Shown in pieces: positions 14,431 through 24,520 of a DNA stretch of 64,000 nucleotides. Position 1 is the first letter of the stretch; the number at the start of each line of letters is the position of its first letter. Position numbers and translations under genes: made by a program. Under the pieces are notes generated by a model, which saw nothing but the letters and a program-made list of their open reading frames with translations, had not been told where the DNA came from and did not search any database. Source of the DNA: the human T2T-CHM13v2.0 reference genome, Homo sapiens; the NCBI RefSeq assembly GCF_009914755.1, contig NC_060928.1; one strand, 5' to 3'.

Positions 14431-17400
14431 CTGATACGTTCACACTGTCTCCTTTTATCTATCCAGGTATTCTGGATAGCAACCACCTTACATTTAAAAT
14501 ACATATCTATAGATTTGTATCATTCATTTTTAATTTATAAAGTTTATAGAAAGCTTTGATTAGCAGAAAAGATTAGATTATTCGTAGAGCATTTAACCAA
14601 AAAGTTACCCAACAAATATTAGAAATAGAAGGCCCAATTAAGTATGGTTGGAATCCTTTACTGACCAAATATGATGATTAACTAAGCATCTGGTCATCTT
14701 TCTGCTCCTTTGTGTGTACATAGCTGATAGCAAAGTGAAAGGGTATGGATAGTGTCTGATCCCAGCAAGCAAATCATTTGAAAACAGTCATAGCTACAGG
14801 TCAAAGATTTTCTACTCAGTCTAGATGGATCTAAACGTACTAACCTCGATTTTAAACCTAATTACCTATATACCAAATCAGTCAGAAAATAAGAGAATGA
14901 CTCTTTATGATCCAAAGATAATAAGGGAAGATAGGAAGGAAAAATTCAGGAAAGAGACTGGCAGAACCTTGATATCCATAGGCCAAGACAGCTGTTTTAT
15001 ATCCTAGCTTTATATCAGATGGTTAAAGGAAAAGTTTCCATTCCTTAGATCATTAAATATTATTTCATTTATATTACACAGATGTCTTCCATACATAGAT
15101 TACAACCAATGAAGCATTTTGTTGTTGTTGTTTAACCACTACAAGCAATCAGAGAAACCTCTCTGCACATCACTTTTACTCTAATTCATAACATTTAAAG
15201 GATGAGGCAGGCTAGATTTTTAACATTTCCATTAAAAATAACACAAAGTCCATTAAGTATTTCTTGTAATCTTAGCAGATGATCAATGCCAAATTACTAC
15301 TATTCATAATAATATAGAGTGCTACAGAACCAATACATTTTTAAATAAAATGTTTAAAATGGCTAGTGCTCCTAAAGTATAACAAAAACCTACCCATACG
15401 ATATGCTTAACTAATAATTTTAAACATAGACCCACAAAATGTCTCATATGACCTGAAAGAAATAGCACATAATGCCAAATATTATATTTTGAACCAAGTA
15501 CAGCTCAACACTAGCATAATCTACGTCTCTAATTTCACTCATCTGTTTTGTTAATGTCTGGCACTGATCACAAGAGAAAGTAGAAAGGGAGTGGGGATGG
15601 ATTTAATATCCTAAGAAACATATTCTACACAATTTTTGTTTCACACACATTGTTTTGGCTCACAATGTGAGTCAATAATATTATCTTCATAAACAAAAGA
15701 TATCACACCTTGAAACCATAAGGTCAGCTTTCAATTTTCTTTAACACTTAAATTCATTATTATCTGATCCTGGTTTTTCTGTCTACCTTCTGGAAGTGAT
15801 GTTAAAGGCCAGCAAAATTTGGTTCTCCAGGTAGAAAAGTCACAAAGAATAATCCACAAATTATACAATCATTTCTTAAAGTTAACAGTTGGCTCTACCA
15901 AATATACCCTTTCATGTGAAGATAATAGTGACTTATGAAAGTCAAAGTTATTTGGCAGGTAAAATTTAATATTTATCTAATAGTACATTAATAAGTTCAA
16001 ACTGGTTTTTAAAAAAAAAAAAAGGAGGAGGGGAGAGGAAAAGAAGGAAGGAACAAGGAAGAATAGGAAAAGAAAATTTTTAAAAATTTTGCTTCAACTT
16101 TTCAGAACTGCTTAACTATGTATGTAAATAAAAGAATGTAGTGTTACAACTCAAAAATGTATACATTTAAAATGAGAAAAAGATACACGATTTCTTGGTA
16201 AGGTCAAAAGACATATGCCAATATAAGTGTGAATATAGCAAGTTCAAAGAAACTTTCTAAAAAATACTTGCTGAATTAACTTGGATGTTAACATTGCACA
16301 TTCTAGCGCAATAATATAATGGCATTTACTTCTTAGTCAGGCTAAAAGCTGCTTACTTTAATTTTCCTGAGCACAAGTCCCTTACTCTATCATTGTATAT
16401 TTTTGGTGACATCAAATTATGTATAGTTTAATAAAGTACTCATTTATGCAGTTGCTATTCAACTTGGGGGAAAACCCTGATATACAGCATACTCTCAATT
16501 TTCTCATTCCACTATATAATACAAGAATTATATTTGTAAAGTCTAATAGGTAACAAACATCTCTAATCATATATATTATCTAAGGCAATCCAAACAAATT
16601 TAAAAGGCCCACAAACAATACTCATCAAAAGTACATAAAAGCATTTTATTTTTCAGTACAGTTTGATAGGCTTACTGTACAAAATTAAAGCTACTGCTTT
16701 TACCTGACATAAAATTATCTGAAGTTCAACCTGTTCAAATGAGAACAATACCCTTGGGTTACTAATCAAAGAGAGTAAAAAAAAATTTTTTTTATTAAGG
16801 CTATTTTGTGAGGGGGGAAGAATAACTTGTTTCAACAGCATGCTTGACCATATAAAATTATTAACAGGCACTATGGTGAACTGTTCAAGGCAAACATTCA
16901 ATTACTGGTTATTTTAGATTGATTCCAGAATAATAATTACAAGTAGCTTAGAAACAATCTCCTTAACACTTTGGAATTTTAGAAAATTAAATCCTTTGAC
17001 AGAGAATAAAAGAGAATGTAGTTTTACTGTGACTTATAATGTGGACAGTATAATCTTGATGACTGTCATTAACACATCTTACATATATTTAAATATAATT
17101 ACTTCAATAAAATTTCATCAACTAGAATACACTAACAAATCATATCTGGGTTATTTACTTTTCTTTCTGTTTTTAGTGAAATAATTTTTAAATTCAGAGA
17201 ACTTAATAGTGTTTTATTTCCTCATTTACAATTTGACCAAAAATAAAAATCAATGTTCATTTTTTTAAAAAAAAAAAGCATTTTCATAAGTATGTAGAAT
17301 GATTAAGTATATAAGAACTAAAAATGTAGCACCCACATAGATGTTTCAAAGTTAGAATTTAGAGGATAAGACTATATACCAGTAAACACGTGGTCCTTTG

Positions 17401-19449
17401 TTTTCCAAAAAGTATAAATCCTCCAGAAATGCTTTCTTTTCTTAAGTCAATAATCTGATTATTTTTTGAAAGCTTCTAAAATATTTCCTGGAAAATAAGA
17501 TCATGTATTCTAAAATTTGTTTACTCTTTAGTAAAGATTATTGAGATACAATATATTATTTTTACAGATAATAAAATAATAGATACCTTTTAAGTCTCGT
17601 TAACATGATAAAGTAACAAATGCACTGACGTTAACTCAGTAAATACATTTTTAAGTAAAGATCAGCAAAAAATAAAACAGTTTAAGAATTTTGTATTCTC
17701 TGGAAACATAAACAGGATTATAACTGTCAGATTACAGAAGCACTGACTTCAGCCATTAGTTTGGTTTGGCTCCTGAGAAACACAACATGAACTACTGCAT
17801 CATTTCTTTTCAAATCCATACATTCCCTGCAGCCGTTCAAGCTTCATCAGCAGTGCAGGAATGTATAAAAATGACAGGCAAAGGGCATTAGGTTTTTTTA
17901 CTTCCATACTGTTTTCCTATAAATGGAAGACAGGATTCTTTCTCAAAGCACTTAAGCTCAAGCTCAGTCAATGCTGAAGGAAAAATACAACTGAATTCTC
18001 TATGCAAGAAAGTATCACAATTGGATTATTTACTACTTTTCAAGGACATGTTGATAAATCTAATACTGTATTATTATCTTAGAATAAAACATTGTAAGGT
18101 TAGCATTCTAGCTTAATTACCCATTATTCTTCAATTAGAAATATTTTCACTTTTTAAAGTACTCTGTCAACTCATCACCTTATTTTAACACCAAGTATTC
18201 AGTTTTGCTTCTAATTTTAATTATAAAAATTTCCTTAAAATATGCCAATTTTTTTTGAAAATATATTTGTATAAATAGTTAATTTTTTATTTCCAAGTTT
18301 CTGTACTCATAAAGGTTTCGGTGAAATAGGAAATTCCATTAATAATTAAAAGTTTATTTAACCATGATAAGTAAAAATAGGATGTAATGAGTAATCTGGT
18401 TATTTGACTGGACCTTAAACATTCACATTGCTATAAAACTAGTACCGTAATTACTACAACCTGACTCAATTTTTTGAAGAAACTGGGAAATTTTCAGACT
18501 AAAGTTTTAAACATCCTCATATTTTAGTTTATAGTAACTAAAAACATGCCCACTTCAGTACTATCACCTACATTCTTTATGTTCCTAATGTAATGATGCA
18601 AGAGGTAAAGCCTAGAGAAGTCTGAAGGTTACGGACTACCTGATATCCAAAACAAAAAATTCAGATCACACCCTGAATGTCCTCCTTCCCTTTTTAGGAA
18701 TGTCCTGCAGCTAGCCCAGCACCACAGCTCTGGGCTGAAGCATGCCAATGTTGGCACTGCCTAAGCCAAACAAACAAGATGTTTAACAGTCAAATAAAAT
18801 GTCCTGCAGCCTCCCTAATGAATTTGTCAAGGACCATCAGATTTCGCACCCCCTCCTTTGCCTCATTAACTCAAGTATGATGAGACGGATTATAACAAGA
18901 GAATACAGATGAATCGGTCTGAAGACTTGAAGTGGCTTTTAGCCTCTAGAGTTTCTTTCTCTCACTTGGTCTCCTTTAATAGAATATAGTATCTCCTGCA
19001 GAAGGAGCTGCCAGTTCGTTTTAATACACCATCAAGGAGCTGCTGATGGACTTCTATACTAACATACATAAAAGCAGAGGTGACAGGGGCTCTTCAATTA
19101 CAGCCTCCTCGGATACCGTTTCCCCCTTCAATTATTCAACCAGAGGAAGAGAGGACCGCAAAGGCGCAGCTGAAGCTGCTCTTAGAGCAGAGGCAGCCAG
19201 AGTGAGTTGGGGTGGGGGAGGGGGGAGAAAGAGAACCAGCAAGAGGGAGCATTATTTGCTGGAAGTGTTTAAGTTTATTGCTCGAATGATGTTTCTAATT
19301 AGTACCACGGCCATAAATTAAAGTCGCCTTTGTTTAACTGATTTATTATTTACTAGAGCATCTACCTAAGACAGGGTAAATTGGTAATGAATTGTTTTTA
19401 AATCAAAACATTTGTAACGTTTTATCATCCTTCCCTCTGTATGTAAAAG

Positions 19450-20110
19450 TGGAGAAGCGTAGGGGCAAGGATGCGAGAAAACTTAGCCGAGCTTGACAGA
19501 GCCGCCAGTGGAGGTGCAGCGGAGTGTCCGGCGAGTGGTGGCGCGAAGGTCCGCTCGGCCTGGGACGCCCCACCCGAGAGAAGAGGAGAAGGCGCAGGAC
19601 TTGCGGCGCGGCGGCGGAGCCATGCGAACCAACTCCGCCACCCCTGAGGCTGTTTGCAAACACTCACTCTCGGGAGCGTCGCGGGCCGGGCCATTCGCGA
19701 ACCAGACGCAACGACGAAGCGACCACCTCGAGAGTGGGGCGGGAAAGCTCCGCACCCTCTATCCCCGCCACCAGTCTCCGCCCAGTAACTGCCCCCGGAG
19801 AAGCAACCACGGAGCCCCTCCCGGCCAGTCGCGCTCTCCCGGCAGCGCAGTGCCCTCCGGCCCAGGCAGTTCCCAGAGCGCCGGCAAGGCCTCCCGGGTT
19901 AGAGCCGGGCTCCCACAGGCGCGAACTCCGAGGGCGCGAGGTCCCCTAGATCCTTAGGCGGCGAGGCGTTCCGGGACGCACGCGGCCTCCCCGGAGAAGG
20001 CTGGAGGTCAAGCAGCCCAAGTCTCTGCCACTCCAGAGAAGTTAACTAAAGCTCTGGAGTCCAAGAGTCGCGCGGACACTTAATTCTGACTCTTCTTCCT
20101 AATCGCGGGA
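19450..20110. promoter_or_regulatory. CpG island upstream of MAB21L2
   Basis: Abrupt rise in GC and CpG (e.g. gcggcgcggcggcgg, cgtcgcgggccgg) within AT-rich intron. Confidence 0.9.
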
Positions 20111-21639
20111 AGACAAACCCTAAGCAACAAATCCGAGATAGTTTTTTTTTAAGCAAATATTCCTTAGAAAGGGACTTATGGCAACGAGAGAGGAAGGGTG
20201 ACAAACTGCCTGTGGTCCGCACCAGGTATGTAAGAAAGAACCAAGAGGCCCAATTGTCTGATACCAAGTAGATAGAAAGAAATTAACTTCCCTATGCAAT
20301 TCAATTCAGGTTCACCCGGCCGGACTTTAAGAGGGTAAGTCAAGCCCTCCCAAGGGGTTTTGAAAAAGCCGAACTACCAGGTTTCTAAAACGAAGTCTTC
20401 ACCCAAATGGACGCATAGATTTTTATTTTTATCGCATAACCCAGGGCTGGAATATAACCTCCCAAATCAAACTAAAAATAATCACATCTACCTGAAATAC
20501 GTTAAAAAGATTCAGAATCCAGACATCTTAGGTTCATACATAAACCCTCAGTATCAAGCAAATCAGAAACAATGTTCTAGCTTTTTTTTTCACCCAAAAG
20601 TATGGAAAGGCTACAGTGGGTACAACTCGTTTAGGATAATACATATACTAAAAGCACATGCATGCCTTTCATTGAAATGCCTAGGGAGGAGTGAAGCCAT
20701 CTGTGTAATCAATAACAGGATAGTTATAGATTTTTGTGGCAGTGAAGTCTTTTAAAAGCAAGAGTCAATTATGAAAATAAAATCATTTTACAAATGAAAC
20801 TCTGTACCTGTACCCCCTAAGAATACATTCACAATTAGATTTACAACAGTAAGATTTTAAGAAAACTTTAGGTTTACATTTACTTGCCTTGTTTTTCATT
20901 AAGTTTGAAGCAATTTTAGTAGCTTATTTTAAAAGTATATCCTACTAAGTTCTACGACATGTAAGTTTGCACCATTTCTCACAACTTAGATATTTTCTCT
21001 CTCGTAACTAGTTAATTCTTGTAACGATAAAATAATGGTATTAAATACATGTGAATCTTAATTATGAAATAATTATCAAACAAGGTGCTTGGACTAGTTT
21101 TTGCCCTGCCCTGTTTTTAAACAGCATATCGAAATTACTAAAAAGAGATTTATAAACCCTCACCTTATATCCACTCCAACCCTCACTGGTGCACATATAC
21201 AGCAACTGCTCTGATTCTTGGCAACAATGGGAGGGGAGGGGAAGAGAAAGGAGGATGACTTTAAAGGAGGAAAAAACCTGGAAAAATTAGGTCCTTTCCC
21301 AGATTCCCCTTTCGCTTCCCATTTGCCTTCAAGCCAAAGTAATTTTGTTACAGTTTGCACCTTCTACTACACAATGTTGATAGAATCATTTAAAAAAAAA
21401 AAAAAGTGAACCTTTCTGAACCATTGCTACTCTCCCTCGCGTTATTCCAGCCATCTCCAGGAGAGTCCCTTCTATATAAACTCTTTTTCTTCTTTGCTAC
21501 TGATAAGAGAGGAGGATAAAGAGGAACGGCTGTAAAATGTGTGCAAGCATTTGACTCCCATTATCTCCTCCTATTTTCTTACTTCTCTCTTTACCCTGTT
21601 TCTTTATCAAGTGCAGTGGTGGCTGCTACCGTTCGCCAA

Positions 21640-21770
21640 GCGTGCCTGTCTTCTCTCTCGGATTGGCTAAAGCACTGACAGCTCGGATAGCGATTGTAGG
21701 AACTGAAGCTCCACCCCCTCATGATGGCCCTGGGACCATTCATAAACTAAATAACTCCAGGAAACAGCGA
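21640..21770 (+). promoter_or_regulatory. Probable MAB21L2 core promoter
   Basis: Inverted CCAAT (ATTGG 21662-21666), TGACAG 21676-21681 and TATA-like CATAAA 21741-21746 just before the GA tract. A second TATATAAA lies at 21473-21480. The TSS is inferred, not observed. Confidence 0.55.
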
Positions 21771-21968
21771 GGGAGAGAGAGAAAGAAAGAGAGAGGGAGA
21801 GAGAGAGACAGAGAGAGTTAGAGGAAAGAAGAGAGAGCGAGCACGAGGAAGGGGGGCGGGGGAGAGAAGCAGGGGGAGAGCGGGGCGAGAAAGAGGTCGG
21901 AGGGGAGAGGAGGGGGAGAGACGACTCAGAAAGTGGAATCTGTAAAAGCAAGCTAGAGGAGAAGAAGG
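21768..21968 (+). repeat. GA-rich polypurine low-complexity tract
   Basis: gagggagagagagaaagaaagagagagggagagagagaga... plus G-runs at 21851-21885. Confidence 0.9.
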
Positions 21969-22699
21969 AAAACCCTGAATCGTTATAACTACACCCCAGA
22001 TGCAACGCAAGCAACGACTTCGTCACACTAAAACGGATTTTGTGAGGGCCAAAAGTATAAATTACGAAGCAGAAATGATTATCAAACAACTTCCAGCGGT
22101 TTGCACCTAAAGAAACACAAGGAGAACCCACTACAAACAAACAAACCCAGTCCAAACAACGCCTCCAGTAGGAAAAGAGGAAAACTGCGATAACACGACC
22201 CCCCGAGAAGAGACGAGACCAACACGCTGAGACTGTGGGGCGTCAGCAAACCTCCAAGTGCACGGCGGACTGAGTTGTACTTCGCAGCTCTCTGGACATT
22301 AATTACCTCCTGCACCTTCCATTTGGGGGAGGGTGAGGAAGAAGGCACTCACCTACACTGAGCGAAGAAGTCCTATCAGCGTGGAAGAGAAGTTTAAGAA
22401 TGAACCACTGAATGTTTCGCTTTTATTTTTAAATTTACTTTGGCACTTAAAAAACCTCATTTCCAGATTTCTGGACAATCTCGGCTGCAGACATCTAAGC
22501 CTAACCTTTTGGTATCCTGAGTTTTTTCCCTCTCCTTCTCCTTCCTCACGCCCACCCCGCTTCTCTCGCACACGGTCATCTTTACATATCAAGAGAAAGC
22601 AAAAAGGTTCCAAGAGGTACTTTTCTTTTTAGAAAATCACCTTTTCTCCCCTAATTCTTCTGCAGAAGAAAAGAGGTTTCGAAAGAGGGAAAAGGAAAA

Positions 22700-23900
22700 A
22701 ACAAGCCGGCTACGGTATCAGCCGGTCAGCCCAGGTGGAAAACGAGAGTGAAAGTAGGGCTTAACGGGGAGCGCACCGCCTCTTTCGAAAGCCGCTGGGC
22801 CACCACCAGTGCGTGAGCCTTGGATCCCTCAACGTATTGCGAGACGCCGGTGTATAGCCCGGACCTGTGCCCCAACATGATCGCCGCTCAGGCCAAGCTG
22901 GTTTACCAGCTCAATAAGTACTACACTGAGCGCTGTCAGGCGCGCAAGGCGGCCATCGCCAAAACCATCCGAGAGGTCTGTAAGGTGGTCTCGGACGTGC
23001 TCAAGGAAGTGGAGGTGCAGGAGCCTCGCTTCATCAGCTCCTTGAGCGAGATCGATGCCCGCTACGAGGGGCTCGAGGTCATTTCGCCCACCGAATTTGA
23101 GGTGGTGCTCTACCTAAACCAGATGGGCGTCTTCAACTTCGTGGACGACGGCTCGCTGCCCGGCTGCGCAGTGCTCAAACTGAGCGATGGGCGGAAGCGG
23201 AGCATGTCTCTCTGGGTCGAGTTCATCACGGCGTCGGGCTATCTCTCAGCGCGTAAGATCCGCTCGCGTTTCCAGACGCTGGTGGCCCAGGCGGTGGACA
23301 AGTGCAGCTATCGGGATGTGGTCAAGATGATCGCGGACACCAGCGAGGTCAAGTTGCGCATCAGGGAGCGCTATGTGGTGCAAATCACTCCGGCGTTCAA
23401 GTGCACCGGGATCTGGCCTCGCAGCGCGGCACAGTGGCCTATGCCCCACATCCCTTGGCCCGGCCCCAATCGGGTGGCCGAGGTCAAGGCCGAAGGGTTC
23501 AACTTGCTCTCGAAGGAGTGCTACTCGCTGACCGGCAAGCAGAGCTCGGCAGAGAGCGACGCCTGGGTGCTACAGTTCGGGGAGGCGGAGAACCGCCTGC
23601 TGATGGGCGGCTGCCGAAACAAGTGCCTCTCAGTGCTGAAGACTCTGCGGGACCGCCACCTGGAGCTACCCGGCCAGCCGCTCAACAACTACCACATGAA
23701 GACGCTGCTGCTGTACGAGTGCGAGAAACACCCACGAGAAACGGACTGGGACGAGTCGTGCCTGGGCGACCGGCTCAACGGCATCCTGCTGCAGCTCATC
23801 TCCTGCCTGCAGTGCCGCCGCTGCCCTCACTACTTTCTGCCCAACCTCGACCTCTTTCAGGGCAAGCCCCATTCGGCCCTGGAGAGCGCTGCCAAGCAGA
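22700..23900. promoter_or_regulatory. CpG island over the MAB21L2 proximal 5'UTR and CDS
   Basis: High CpG density and G/C-ending codons throughout the CDS. Confidence 0.85.
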
Positions 23901-23956
23901 CCTGGAGGTTGGCCAGGGAAATTCTCACCAATCCCAAAAGCCTGGACAAACTATAG
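22877..23956 (+). CDS. MAB21L2: Protein mab-21-like 2 (359 aa, intronless, Mab-21/cGAS-like nucleotidyltransferase fold)
   Basis: ATG at 22877 (CCCAACATGA) to TAG at 23954-23956 is 1080 nt. Translation MIAAQAKLVYQLNKYYTERCQARKAAIAKTIREVCKVV...LTNPKSLDKL matches MAB21L2 as I recall it. The ORF track start at 22820 is a TTG. Confidence 0.98.
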   Translation: MIAAQAKLVYQLNKYYTERCQARKAAIAKTIREVCKVVSDVLKEVEVQEPRFISSLSEIDARYEGLEVISPTEFEVVLYLNQMGVFNFVDDGSLPGCAVLKLSDGRKRSMSLWVEFITASGYLSARKIRSRFQTLVAQAVDKCSYRDVVKMIADTSEVKLRIRERYVVQITPAFKCTGIWPRSAAQWPMPHIPWPGPNRVAEVKAEGFNLLSKECYSLTGKQSSAESDAWVLQFGEAENRLLMGGCRNKCLSVLKTLRDRHLELPGQPLNNYHMKTLLLYECEKHPRETDWDESCLGDRLNGILLQLISCLQCRRCPHYFLPNLDLFQGKPHSALESAAKQTWRLAREILTNPKSLDKL

Positions 23957-24514
23957 GGTGCTGGGGACTGCTTGAAAAGCGACACAAACGGGCGTGCTCT
24001 CTCAGACACACAACTCTGCTATAAACAGCAGAAACTCTGGACACAAACTTTTATGTAAGTCACCTGAAATAGGAATCCGGCAGAAGACCTTCATTAATTA
24101 AGAAGCAAACAAAAAGAGAGCAACCCAACCAAAACAAATCACATTCTTGCACAAAAGTGATCGTTTTCTTCCAAACAATGTGAATTTAAAAGGTCACACA
24201 AAAGAAGCAATCGGGCTCCGCCACCACAAAATGAAACCCAAGGTACATTTTCAAATCAATGTATAGTAGTTCCCCCCCCTTTTCCTTCTTTCCCCCTATC
24301 CTTTTTCTCTCCACCCCATCCCCCCCCCCATTTCGTTTTGCTTTTGGTTGCCTGAATGTTGTCACCAAGTGAAAAAATTATTTAACTATATGTAAAATTT
24401 CTCTTTTAAAAAAAAGTTTTACTGATGTTAAACGTTCTCAGTGCCAATGTCAGACTGTGCTCCTCCCTCTCCTGAACCTCTACCCTCACCCTGAGCTGTC
24501 TTGTTGAAAACAGT

Positions 24515-24520
24515 AATAAA
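24515..24520 (+). terminator. MAB21L2 polyadenylation signal AATAAA
   Basis: First canonical AATAAA I found after the stop, about 560 nt downstream, followed by GT-rich sequence (ctgtttgtggattgtt). Confidence 0.8.

Noticed and set aside
19403-19957. Several overlapping 86-154 aa ORFs on both strands
   Set aside because: Stop-poor CpG island with R/P/G/A-rich translations and no recognisable domain.
22877-23956. MAB21L2 as a retrocopy or as part of a CBASS-like defence operon
   Set aside because: Intact known vertebrate gene with CpG island and UTRs, no polyA tail or TSD. The context is a primate intron, not an operon.
23302-24024. 240-aa overlapping ORF on + within MAB21L2
   Set aside because: GTG start and low-complexity G/R/P/A composition. 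It is an expected shadow frame of a GC-rich CDS.
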